A DNA stretch of 64,000 nt, taken from contig NZ_SMNA01000007.1 in NCBI RefSeq assembly GCF_004353825.1, forward strand, positions 186,001-250,000, written 5' to 3'. The notes below the pieces were generated by a model. It was not told where the DNA came from. It saw only the letters and a program-made list of their open reading frames with translations, and ran no database searches. Position 1 is the stretch's first letter; each line of letters opens with the position of its first letter. This document shows positions 1-8,779 of this stretch, piece after piece. Source of the DNA: Occultella glacieicola (lineage in GTDB: Bacteria; Actinomycetota; Actinomycetes; Actinomycetales; Beutenbergiaceae). The position numbers were made by a program, and so were the translations under genes.

Positions 1-183
1 GGCACCGCTCCCGGGAACGACCAGACCCCGTTGCCGACCAGCGCTCAGCCGCGCCCGGGCGAGGCCACGTCGGCGACAAGCATCGACGTGCAGCCGCGCG
101 TTGGGCTCGTCGCGATCGATGGTGACGACATTGGTCCGCGGGTGAGCGCCGATCCGTTCGACATTCCTGTCTCGCCTGGGTGA
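1..183 (+). CDS. 3' end of a Pro/Ala-rich hypothetical protein (partial at window edge)
   Basis: Frame 1 is open from the window edge to TGA at 181-183 and ends ...DPFDIPVSPG*. Not in the ORF track. Confidence 0.5.
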   Translation, partial: GTAPGNDQTPLPTSAQPRPGEATSATSIDVQPRVGLVAIDGDDIGPRVSADPFDIPVSPG

Positions 184-267
184 TCTGAGCCCCGTGAGCC
201 CTGCTCACGTCGGCATTAACCCGAGCAACTTTCGGACATTTCAGATCATTCGAACAGGAGTGGATTC

Positions 268-1767
268 ATGCATGCCATTGTGAGAACTGCATTACGCACA
301 TTGATCGTGACCGGCGGTCTTGTCATAGCCGGTGCCGGCGCCGCGCAGGCGGCCGAGGGGGACCTGCTCGACGACCTGGCGGCGAGCGTCCAGGACACCG
401 TCGGAGGTGACGTGATCACCGATGCCGTGGCGGACAACACGGTGACGGTGCCGGTCTCGATCCCGGTGACGGTCCGCGACATCGCGGTCGGAGTCGTCGG
501 CGACTCCACAGTGAACTCCACGGAGGCCGATGCGAACCCCACGGCTCCCGCCGTGCCCCCATCCGAACCGGTGGAGGTCGTTGCGGAGCCCGCGGCGAGC
601 GACGATGCCCTCGTCGAGGATGTGGCGGCGGACAATACGGTGACGGCGCCGATCAGCGTCCCGGTGAGCACCGACGATGTCGCGCTGGGGGTGCTGGGCG
701 ACGCGGAGGTCTCTTCCTCGCAGGGGCAGGAGGAGGCGACGGCGGTCCAGGCAGCACCGGCGACCCCGGTGGACGTGGTCACCGGTGGTGATGGCGGTTC
801 ATCTGACGCGGTAGCTTCCGATGAGGTGGCGTCTGATGTGGTGGCCGACAACACTGTGACGGCTCCGGTTGTGGTGCCGGTGACGGTCGGTGATGTGGCG
901 CTGGCGGTCGTGGGTGATTCGGCTGTGGGTTCGACTGGTCCGAGTGCTCCGGCGGGTGCTGGTTCGGTGGACGTGGTCACCGGTGGTGACGAGGGTTCGT
1001 CTGACGCGGTGGCTTCGGACGCCGTGGCCTCTGATGTGGTGGCCGACAACACTGTGACGGCTCCGGTTGTGGTGCCGGTGACGGTCGGTGATGTGGCGCT
1101 GGCGGTCGGGGGTGATTCGGCTGTGGGTTCGACTGGTCCGAGTGCTCCGGCGGGTGCTGGTTCGGTGGACGTGGTCACCGGTGGTGATGGCGGTTCGTCT
1201 GACGCCGTGGCCTCTGATGTGGTGGCCGATAACACTGTGACGGCTCCGGTTGTGGTGCCGGTGACGGTCGGTGATGTGGCGCTGGCGGTCGTGGGTGATT
1301 CGGCTGTGGGTTCGACTGGTCCGAGTGCTCCGGCGGGTGCTGGTCCGGTGGACGTGGTCACCGGTGGTGACGAGGGCTCATCCGACGCCGTGGCCTCCGA
1401 TGAGGTGGCCTCTGATGTGGTGGCCGACAACACCGTGACGGCGCCGATCACCGTTCCGGTCACGGTCGGAGAGCTCGCGCTCGGCGTCGGTGGTGACTCC
1501 GCCGTGATCTCCACCGGAGCGACCATCCCGACCGAGCCGACGGTCTCGCCGCCGAGCCAGCCGGGCGCCCGATCCCCGCAGGGGCCGGTACCCGCTGCTC
1601 CGATCGGCGCGATGCCGTCGAACGCATCCGGCCCGGCAGCAACCGAGACCGGCGTTGTGCTCGCGGAGACCGGTCCGGTGTCCGCGGCCGCGGCGACCGG
1701 GCTCGCCCTGGTGCTCATCGTGCTCGGTGGCCTGCTCGTCGGATTCCGGACGTGCACCGGACGATGA
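268..1767 (+). CDS. Cell-wall-anchored protein with six chaplin-like repeats
   Basis: RBS caggag; signal peptide ending AQA; six DNTVT(A/V)PxxxPVxxxxxAxxVxGD repeats; C-terminal LAETG, hydrophobic helix and short basic tail. Confidence 0.8.
   Translation: MHAIVRTALRTLIVTGGLVIAGAGAAQAAEGDLLDDLAASVQDTVGGDVITDAVADNTVTVPVSIPVTVRDIAVGVVGDSTVNSTEADANPTAPAVPPSEPVEVVAEPAASDDALVEDVAADNTVTAPISVPVSTDDVALGVLGDAEVSSSQGQEEATAVQAAPATPVDVVTGGDGGSSDAVASDEVASDVVADNTVTAPVVVPVTVGDVALAVVGDSAVGSTGPSAPAGAGSVDVVTGGDEGSSDAVASDAVASDVVADNTVTAPVVVPVTVGDVALAVGGDSAVGSTGPSAPAGAGSVDVVTGGDGGSSDAVASDVVADNTVTAPVVVPVTVGDVALAVVGDSAVGSTGPSAPAGAGPVDVVTGGDEGSSDAVASDEVASDVVADNTVTAPITVPVTVGELALGVGGDSAVISTGATIPTEPTVSPPSQPGARSPQGPVPAAPIGAMPSNASGPAATETGVVLAETGPVSAAAATGLALVLIVLGGLLVGFRTCTGR
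433..1500 (+). repeat. Six intragenic tandem repeats of 183-216 bp
   Basis: Repeat cores start at 433, 631, 847, 1045, 1228 and 1426; copies 3-5 are nearly identical in DNA. Confidence 0.9.
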
Positions 1768-1780
1768 CCGGTTCCCGAGG

Positions 1781-1811
1781 CCGCGACCGTGGGTCTCGCC
1801 CACGGTCGCGG
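1781..1811 (+). terminator. Hairpin, likely intrinsic terminator
   Basis: ccgcgaccgtggg-tctcg-cccacggtcgcgg, perfect 13-bp stem just after the stop codon. Confidence 0.65.
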
Positions 1812-1916
1812 TCCGGCATGGGGACCTCTGGCCATCGCGTCGACGACGCGGCGTCGATACGGTGCCACGAGGGCCCGCGAGCGGCGGGACCCGGGTGCCG
1901 ATCCGTGGGGAGTCCT

Positions 1917-2228
1917 GTGGCGAGTGTTGAGGTGGTGCCGGCCGACCTCGCCGCTGCCGCCACGAGGCTCGAGGAGGCACGCGACGGCGTCGCGTCCCTG
2001 CGCACCGACGCGGACCTCGCCGCCGTGGCCGCCGCACTCAAGGGCAGCGACAGCGCACGTGCGGCCGACGAGCTCGCCGCCGCCTGGCGGCGGCGCCTGC
2101 GCGCCTGGGACACCGCGGCGCAGCGACAGATCGAGGCGATGGGCGTCACGGCGAAGGCCTACGAGGTACAGGACGGCGAGGGCGCGGCCACATACGCGCG
2201 TCTCGGCCCGGCACCGGGAGGGCGCTGA
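1917..2228 (+). CDS. Small EspC/WXG100-like type VII secretion substrate
   Basis: GTG at 1917 after ggggag; 103 aa, helical; begins VEVVPADLAAAA; C-terminal YEVQD fits the YxxxD/E signal. Confidence 0.65.
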   Translation: MASVEVVPADLAAAATRLEEARDGVASLRTDADLAAVAAALKGSDSARAADELAAAWRRRLRAWDTAAQRQIEAMGVTAKAYEVQDGEGAATYARLGPAPGGR

Positions 2229-2230
2229 GC

Positions 2231-3886
2231 ATGGCCACGCTGTCCCAGGTACGGTCCTGGCAGCCCGAGGCGCTCGGGCTGCTGGCGGACACGATGGTCC
2301 AGCGCCGACGCACGCTGGTCGCGCTCCAGGACGAGATCGACGACGGCGCCCCGCCGCCGACCTGGGCCGCCGACTCCGCCGTCGCGGCCGCCGCCTCGCA
2401 CACCGCGCTGCGTGAGGACCTCGCGGACCTGGTCGCCGAGGTGGCACAGGTCGCCGCCGCCCTGGACACGGCGGCGGACGCCCTCACCCGCGCGCACGGC
2501 GAACTCGACGAGGCGGCCAGCGTGGCCGGTGCCAACGGGTTCACGGTCTCCGCGACCGGACGGGTCACCGATGCGCGGGATGCGCTCACCGACGCCCAGG
2601 AGATCGCCGACCGGCGCGCGGTCCGCGACGAGATCGTCGACCGGATCGAGCAGGCCCTGCGCAACGCGGACCACGCGGACGCCTCGCTCGCGGCGGCGCT
2701 GCGCAGCGCCGCCCGCGGTGTCGACGGCGGAACCGCCACGCTCGCGCAGGCGGCGGCCACCGGGACCACCGGCGGTCAGCGCGAGGTGCTCCCGCCGCCC
2801 CCCGGCGGGAGCGACCACGACCAGAACTCCTGGTGGGAGGGCCTGACCGAGGCCGAGCAGGCCGAAGTCATCGGCGAGCACCCCGAGTGGATCGGGAACG
2901 TCGATGGCATCCCGGCCTGGGCGCGGGACGAGGCGAACCGGGCACTCATCGGTGACTACCGGTCCGACCTGACCGACCGGCTCGCGGCCGCCCGGGAGGC
3001 CGGCGACGACGGCCTCGCGCGGACCTTGACCGAGAAGCTCGACGGACTGGACGCCGTCGAGGACACCCTCGAGCTCGGCAACCGGCACCTGCTGCTGCTC
3101 GACATCACCGGGACGGACCAGTTGATGGCCGCGATCGCCTACGGGGACGTCGACACCGCCGACCACGTCGCCGTCTTCACCCCCGGGTTCACCACCACCG
3201 TGGCCGGCAGCATGGCCGGCTACGACAACCAGATGGCCGACCTCGTCGAGCAGTCGGCCGCCCAGGCGGAAAAGTATGGCGACGGCGGGACGGTTGCCGC
3301 CGTGGCCTGGCTCGGCTACGAGGCACCCCAGTGGGACAACGTGCTCGATCCGGGATCGTCCGTGGCCACACGTGGACCGGCCGAGGCCGGCGCGGGGAAC
3401 CTCGCCGCTTTCTACAACGGGCTCGACGCCGCCCGGGACTCCGACCCGCACCTGACGGCGCTCGGCCACTCCTACGGGTCGCTCACCACCGGCCTGGCCC
3501 TGCAGGAGCAGACCGGCGTCGACGACGCGATCCTGTACGGATCTCCCGGCATCGGCACCTCCCACGTCGAGGACCTGGACGTGCCGGACGGCCACGTGTA
3601 CCGGCTCGAGGCCCGCCGGGACGCGGTCGCCGACGTGGGCGCCCTGGGGCCGTTCGGCATCGACCCGTCGCACCTCGACGGGATCACCGGCCTGAGCACC
3701 GAGGCGGGCTCCGTCGGCGGCAACTCCTACGGCGAGTCCGTCGGGCACAACGACTACCTGACGGAGGGTTCGATGAGCCAGCACAACATGGCCTCGATCA
3801 TCGCCGGGGCGCCCGAGCAGACCGTCGAGGGCGACACCCGTGGCTTCGGCGACATCCTCTCCTGGCCGCTGCCCTGGACCTACTGA
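2231..3886 (+). CDS. Alpha/beta hydrolase (Abhydrolase_8/DUF1023-like) with WXG100-like N-terminal helical domain
   Basis: GHSYG nucleophile elbow; GDVDTADHVAVFTPG, WLGYEAP, GSPG and a late His (GHNDY); helical N-terminus. Confidence 0.85.
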   Translation: MATLSQVRSWQPEALGLLADTMVQRRRTLVALQDEIDDGAPPPTWAADSAVAAAASHTALREDLADLVAEVAQVAAALDTAADALTRAHGELDEAASVAGANGFTVSATGRVTDARDALTDAQEIADRRAVRDEIVDRIEQALRNADHADASLAAALRSAARGVDGGTATLAQAAATGTTGGQREVLPPPPGGSDHDQNSWWEGLTEAEQAEVIGEHPEWIGNVDGIPAWARDEANRALIGDYRSDLTDRLAAAREAGDDGLARTLTEKLDGLDAVEDTLELGNRHLLLLDITGTDQLMAAIAYGDVDTADHVAVFTPGFTTTVAGSMAGYDNQMADLVEQSAAQAEKYGDGGTVAAVAWLGYEAPQWDNVLDPGSSVATRGPAEAGAGNLAAFYNGLDAARDSDPHLTALGHSYGSLTTGLALQEQTGVDDAILYGSPGIGTSHVEDLDVPDGHVYRLEARRDAVADVGALGPFGIDPSHLDGITGLSTEAGSVGGNSYGESVGHNDYLTEGSMSQHNMASIIAGAPEQTVEGDTRGFGDILSWPLPWTY

Positions 3887-4356
3887 TGGACGAACCCATG
3901 GACCGGAACGCACAGTCCTCGAGCACGGCCCCGAGCATGGAGCAGGTGCTCACCGACTACGCCGCGATGCGCGACGAGATGACATCGGCGCTGGCCAGGG
4001 CCCTCGGCGAGCGGGCCTGGCGGGAGTCGCCGAACTCGCCCGGCCCGCGCCGCTCCCGGATCGGTGGCGCGGACCCCGCCGCCGAGCAGGTGGGTCTGGT
4101 CACCTGGTCCTTCGAGGGCACCTACCCGGCCGACACCTGGCATGGCGCCGCGCGGCTGGTCGCCGAGGTCGGCCGCGCGTACGGGTTCACCGACGGCGGT
4201 GTCACCGTGGACCGGCCCGGCGACCTGGAGATATTCGGGGTCGATGCCCTCGGGGGTCGCTACACATTCGGGATGGCGACGAACACGATCCTGACCCTGC
4301 GCACCGGGCCGCTGCGGTGGGAACACCCACCGGAGCCCGCCGGTCCGCAGACCTGA
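3886..4356 (+). CDS. LppA-like protein, candidate immunity partner
   Basis: TGATG overlap with the hydrolase stop; PSMEQ..Y..M..E, W..A..V..YGF, DRPGD and FG..NT pattern. Confidence 0.6.
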   Translation: MDEPMDRNAQSSSTAPSMEQVLTDYAAMRDEMTSALARALGERAWRESPNSPGPRRSRIGGADPAAEQVGLVTWSFEGTYPADTWHGAARLVAEVGRAYGFTDGGVTVDRPGDLEIFGVDALGGRYTFGMATNTILTLRTGPLRWEHPPEPAGPQT

Positions 4357-4357
4357 C

Positions 4358-4396
4358 CTTCCGCGGGAGCGGCTCGGGGGTCCGCTCCCGCGGAAG
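4358..4396. terminator. Hairpin between convergent genes
   Basis: cttccgcgggagcgg ... ccgctcccgcggaag, 15-bp perfect stem. Confidence 0.7.
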
Positions 4397-4410
4397 CCGG
4401 CCCGGCCGGT

Positions 4411-5595
4411 TCACCCCAGGCCGTGCAGACGCGCCGCCTGTCGGGTGAGGTGGTCCCTCTCGGCGCCGCTCGCGGCGAGCCGCGCGGCCGCCAGGTACTC
4501 CTCGCGTGCCACGCCCAGATCGCCCGCACGTTCGTGCAGGTGGGCCGACACCGCCGTGCGTCGCGGGACGTCGGCGGGCACGTCCCGCAGCGCACGCAGC
4601 CCGGCGAGCGGACCATCGGCCTCCCCGACCGCGACCACGCGGTTCAACGCCACGACGGGGCTGTCCGTCAGCGCGAGCAACTCGTCGTACCACTGCAGGA
4701 CCTGGGTCCAATCGGTGTCCTCCGGCCGCTGCGCATCAGCGTGCAGGGCCGCGATCGCGGCCTGCGCCTGGAACTCGCCGAGCCGGTCCCGGTCCAGCGC
4801 GGCCTGCAGGATGCCGATCCCCTCGGCGATCAGGGTGGTGTTCCAGCGGGACCGGTCCTGCTCTGCGAGCGGCACCAGGGCGCCGTCGGCCGTGAACCGG
4901 GACTCGCGACGGGCGTGGTGCAGCAGCATCAGCGCGAGCAGCCCGGCCACCTCCGGGTCCTGTGTTCCAGCGGCGAGCTGGCGGGTGAGCCGGATCGCCT
5001 CCGCGGTCAGGTCCAGATCGCCGCCGTACCCCTCGTTGAAGATCAGGTACAGCACTCGCAGCACCCGTCCGAGATCGCCGGGGCCCTGCACCCCCTGCGT
5101 GGCGACCGTCCGCTTCGCCCGGCTGATCCGCTGCGCCATGGTCGCCTCGGGAACGAGGTAGGCCGCGGCGATCTGCTTGGTGGTCAGACCGCCGACCGCG
5201 CGGAGTGTCAGGGCCACGGCGGACGACGGCGTCAGGTCACGATGGCAGCACAGGAACAGCAGGAGCAGGGTGTCGTCATCGGTCTGCGCCGGTCCGGCCG
5301 GCGGCTCGGCGTGGTCGACCAGTTCGCGGCGGCGGCGGGCCGCCTCCGAGCGGAGCACGTCCAGATGCTTGCGCCACGCGACGGTGACGAGCCAGCCCTT
5401 CGGGTCGTCCGGGCGGCCGTCGGGCCAGCGCCGGACGGCCTCGAGCAGGGCCTCCTGCACGGCGTCCTCGGCCGCCGCGAACTCGGCACCGCGTCGGACG
5501 AGGACGGCGAGCACCTGCGGGACGAGTGTCTTGAGCAGGTCGCCCTGGTCGACCTGCGCCTCGAACGCGCCGTTCGCCGTCCCCGACGCCGTCAT
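4411..5595 (-). CDS. ECF sigma factor, ECF42-like, with C-terminal TPR-like extension
   Basis: AEDAVQEAL, LFLCCH, ALTLR..GGL, MAQRISRAK, YLIFNEGY; ATGA overlap with the upstream YCII gene. Confidence 0.85.
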   Translation of the reverse strand: MTASGTANGAFEAQVDQGDLLKTLVPQVLAVLVRRGAEFAAAEDAVQEALLEAVRRWPDGRPDDPKGWLVTVAWRKHLDVLRSEAARRRRELVDHAEPPAGPAQTDDDTLLLLFLCCHRDLTPSSAVALTLRAVGGLTTKQIAAAYLVPEATMAQRISRAKRTVATQGVQGPGDLGRVLRVLYLIFNEGYGGDLDLTAEAIRLTRQLAAGTQDPEVAGLLALMLLHHARRESRFTADGALVPLAEQDRSRWNTTLIAEGIGILQAALDRDRLGEFQAQAAIAALHADAQRPEDTDWTQVLQWYDELLALTDSPVVALNRVVAVGEADGPLAGLRALRDVPADVPRRTAVSAHLHERAGDLGVAREEYLAAARLAASGAERDHLTRQAARLHGLG

Positions 5596-6005
5596 TCGGT
5601 GACGGTCGTCGGATTGCCGAGGAACGGCCGCACCTCGATCCACTCCTGGAGCGGCAGACCGCCCGGCCCCGGTGCCGAGGACAGGTATGCGGCCGCCTCA
5701 TGGGCCTGCTCGAGCGTGTCCATGTCGATCACCATCCACCCGGCGACCACGTCCTTCGTCTCCGCGAACGGCCCGTCCGTGACCGGCGGCCGGCCCTCGC
5801 CGTCGAACCGGACGAACGTGCCCTCCGGGGAGAGTGCGGCACCGCTGACCCACTGGCCCCGCTCGCGCAGGTCGTCGGCCATCCGGTCCATGAACGCGAT
5901 GTGGTCGGTCACCTCCTGTGGTGTCCACTGATCCATCGGCGTCTCGGCGTTCGGCATCTGCTTCGGGCCGCCGCGGTAGTGCTTGAGCAACAGGTACTTG
6001 GCCAT
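5592..6005 (-). CDS. YCII-related DGPF protein
   Basis: MAKYLLLKHY start after ggagg; TDGPFAETKD and IEVRP motifs. Confidence 0.9.
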   Translation of the reverse strand: MAKYLLLKHYRGGPKQMPNAETPMDQWTPQEVTDHIAFMDRMADDLRERGQWVSGAALSPEGTFVRFDGEGRPPVTDGPFAETKDVVAGWMVIDMDTLEQAHEAAAYLSSAPGPGGLPLQEWIEVRPFLGNPTTVTE

Positions 6006-6053
6006 GGGATCCTCCTGGGTCGTGGCGGCCATTGTGGCTGCCCTCACCCCTGG

Positions 6054-6080
6054 GACGGAACCCTGCGCCGGTTCTCGACA
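6054..6080 (-). promoter_or_regulatory. Putative ECF42-dependent promoter
   Basis: Minus strand TGTCGA-N17-CGTC upstream of the DGPF gene. Confidence 0.55.
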
Positions 6081-6163
6081 TCGGCCGGGCATCGAATTCT
6101 GCTGGACGCTCCGGCTAGCCTCCAACGACCGACGGAAGCGGAACGGAAGGAGGTGCGCGGATC

Positions 6164-7093
6164 GTGATGGACCTCGACGTCACCGCGATCCTGGCCGAGT
6201 ACGACCTGCACGCCACCGGCCCCGCGGTCCCGCTCGTCGGCGGCGAGGACAACCACAACCTGCGCCTCGACACCGGCGGTGCCGAGGTGGTCCTGCGCGG
6301 GTACCGGCGCTCCGATCCCGAGCGGATCCGGGCCGAGTTACGGCTGGTCTCCTTCCTCGCGGACCGGGGGTATCCGACGCCGGCCCCACTGCGGACCCGT
6401 GCCGGAGCGGTCCTGGTGATGGCAGGTTCACCGGTGGCGCTGTTCCCGCTCGTGCCGGGCGTGGTCCCCGACGCGATCACCACCGCGCTGGCCGGGCGGA
6501 TGGGCGAGCTGCTGGCGAGGCTGCACCTGATCGCCACCGGGTGGTCCGACGCGCGCATGCCCACGATCGACCGGCTCGGCCTCATCGACCAGGCCCTGGA
6601 GTCCCGCCCCGACCTCGACGGCGTCGATGAATGGCACTCGCGGATGCGGACCTTCCTCGACGCGCACGGTGCCGACCTCGCCCGCCTGGGCGACCTGCCG
6701 TCCGGGCCGCTCCACCACGACCTGCACCGCCACAACCTCCTGGTCGCCGGCGACGCGGTGACCGCAGTCCTCGACTTCGACGAACTCAACCACGGAGCGT
6801 TCGTCCTCGACCTCGCCCGGGCCCTGTTCTACCTCGCCCTTGACCGCGACGACCGACGGTTACCGCGGGACCTGGCCGACGCCGTCGTCGCCGGATACGA
6901 ACGCACCCGGGAACTCACCGCGACCGAGCGTCGCCTGCTACCGGTCGCGCTCGACCTGGTAGGCATCGTCGACGCCGCGGGCGTGCTCATGTGGGCAGCG
7001 CCGGAGCTCGGCCTGCGGCGGGTCGACGAGTGTCACAGTTGGGTGGCGTACCTGCGGAACACACGGTCGCACCAGGGAGCGGAGCGGGAATGA
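6164..7093 (+). CDS. APH-family phosphotransferase (homoserine kinase type II-like)
   Basis: HHDLHRHN (HxDxxxxN) and LDFD motifs; RBS aaggagg. Confidence 0.8.
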   Translation: MMDLDVTAILAEYDLHATGPAVPLVGGEDNHNLRLDTGGAEVVLRGYRRSDPERIRAELRLVSFLADRGYPTPAPLRTRAGAVLVMAGSPVALFPLVPGVVPDAITTALAGRMGELLARLHLIATGWSDARMPTIDRLGLIDQALESRPDLDGVDEWHSRMRTFLDAHGADLARLGDLPSGPLHHDLHRHNLLVAGDAVTAVLDFDELNHGAFVLDLARALFYLALDRDDRRLPRDLADAVVAGYERTRELTATERRLLPVALDLVGIVDAAGVLMWAAPELGLRRVDECHSWVAYLRNTRSHQGAERE

Positions 7094-7890
7094 CGGCGCA
7101 CAACACACGGATCACCGACCGGGTCGAACTCCTCCGGTGTGACAACCCGGGCCCGATGACGCTGGAGGGCACGAACACCTACCTGCTCCGCGAGCCTGGC
7201 AGCGCGGAGGTCCTGGTGGTCGATCCCGGGCCGCTGGATCCCGCCGACCCCGAGCACCTCGCACACCTCGACCGGGTCCGCGCGCGTGCCGAGGCCGACG
7301 GCGGCCGGGTCGCCGCGATCTGGCTCACCCACCACCACCTCGATCACGCCGGCGCCGCCGAACGGCTCGCCCATCTCACGGGTGCGCCCGTCCGGGGAGC
7401 GGGCCGCGGCACCGCGTTCATGGACGGGGAGTCGGTCCGGTTCGGGGATCTCGAGGTGGTGGTCCACCTCGCACCCGGGCACACAGCGGACTCGGTGCTG
7501 GTGCGGGTGCCCGTCGAGACGCTGCTGCTGTCCGGGGACACCCTGCTCGGCCGCGGCACGACGGTGATCATGTGGCCGGACGGTGATCTCGGTGCCTACC
7601 TGGCGACCCTCGCCGCGATCGCCGCGGACATCGACGCCGGACGGGTCACGCGGATCGCCCCCGGGCACGGCGCGATGATCGAGGATCCGGCCGTTTTCGT
7701 CGCCGGAGTACACCAGCACCGGCTGGACCGGCTCGACCAGGTCCGCACCGCCGTCGGGCAGGGCGCCGACGGCGTCCGCGCAGTGGTGCGCGCCGTCTAC
7801 GGCGACCAGGGCCCGAAGCTCGCGGCGGCCTGCGCCCGGATCGTGCAGGCGCAGTTCGCCCACCTCGGCCTCGACCCCGAGACGGACTGA
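7090..7890 (+). CDS. MBL-fold metallo-hydrolase
   Basis: NPGPMTLEGTNTY, HHHLDH, PGHT, GD and PGHG; ATGA overlap. Confidence 0.85.
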   Translation: MTAHNTRITDRVELLRCDNPGPMTLEGTNTYLLREPGSAEVLVVDPGPLDPADPEHLAHLDRVRARAEADGGRVAAIWLTHHHLDHAGAAERLAHLTGAPVRGAGRGTAFMDGESVRFGDLEVVVHLAPGHTADSVLVRVPVETLLLSGDTLLGRGTTVIMWPDGDLGAYLATLAAIAADIDAGRVTRIAPGHGAMIEDPAVFVAGVHQHRLDRLDQVRTAVGQGADGVRAVVRAVYGDQGPKLAAACARIVQAQFAHLGLDPETD

Positions 7891-7922
7891 CAGAGCCGCG
7901 CCCCCGGATTCAGGGGTCCGGA

Positions 7923-8678
7923 TCAGGCGTCCGGCTTGAACTTCCGGCGGGTCCTCTCCGAGAGTGCCCCGAGGGTCAGGCCGGCGACTCCGGTCCTCCC
8001 GGTGCGCAGATGGAGCATCTGACCGGCCCGCGGGCCGCCGGGCACGTCCCTCGGCAATGAGGCGGATGCGATCAACCAGGTCGGCAGCGTGAGCAGCCGC
8101 AGCACCGAGCGCAACCGGTCCGACTCGCTCTCGCTCTCGGTCAACTCCTCGTCCAGGAGTTCCTCGACGTCCTCGGCCGGGTCGGACTCCTCGTCGTCGG
8201 GCGCTCCCGGGCTCACGCAGACGCGAACGAGCTCGACGGCACTCTGCGCGCCGGAGCCGCCGAGTGCGAGCATCGCCTCCGGCAGCGGGTCGCCGAACTC
8301 GTCCAGCGGGATCTGACCGACGGCGAGGTCCTCGTCATCCTCGGGTGCGCTGTCGAAGCGGCCGATCCGCTCGTCCGCCTCGTAGGCCCACAGCCGCAAC
8401 CGTTCGTCCCGGTCCACCTCCACGGCGATCGCGACGGCACGGAGGCTGCTCGCCAGGTCGCGGGCCAGGGCGTCGATGGTCCGCTTGCCGGCGGCGACAG
8501 TCCCGCGTGCGTTCGTCGCGACCGCGAGCACCCAGCGGCCCTCCTGCGGCCCGACGAATCCGGTGAAGGCGGCCCCGGCCAGCTCGGCGGCGACGGCGTC
8601 CCGCGTGGCCGCGACGTACACACCGGCGTAGCTCTCGCCCACCACCTTGTCCGGATCGGAGGAGCCCATCGGAATCAT
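7923..8678 (-). CDS. Hypothetical acidic protein
   Basis: Fills the gap with typical codon bias; CAGACT 6 nt before the ATG. Confidence 0.65.
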   Translation of the reverse strand: MIPMGSSDPDKVVGESYAGVYVAATRDAVAAELAGAAFTGFVGPQEGRWVLAVATNARGTVAAGKRTIDALARDLASSLRAVAIAVEVDRDERLRLWAYEADERIGRFDSAPEDDEDLAVGQIPLDEFGDPLPEAMLALGGSGAQSAVELVRVCVSPGAPDDEESDPAEDVEELLDEELTESESESDRLRSVLRLLTLPTWLIASASLPRDVPGGPRAGQMLHLRTGRTGVAGLTLGALSERTRRKFKPDA

Positions 8679-8713
8679 CGGGCCAGTCTGACACCGGCGA
8701 GCCAGGGTTAGGC

Positions 8714-8746
8714 ATGGTTACCGAGTAAGCTATGGTTACTGGGTAA
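8714..8746. promoter_or_regulatory. Tandem operator, probably PadR autoregulation
   Basis: ATGGTTACYGRGTAA at 8714 and 8732, each with a TTAC-N3-GTAA palindrome, overlapping a TATGGT -10-like hexamer. Confidence 0.55.
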
Positions 8747-8779
8747 TCGCCGCCATGGTGGCGGCATGGGAGGGGTGCC

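Noticed and set aside
246..2447. 733-aa Ser/Thr-rich minus-strand ORF
   Set aside because: Antisense shadow of the chaplin-like gene, which has the RBS, signal peptide and sortase motif.
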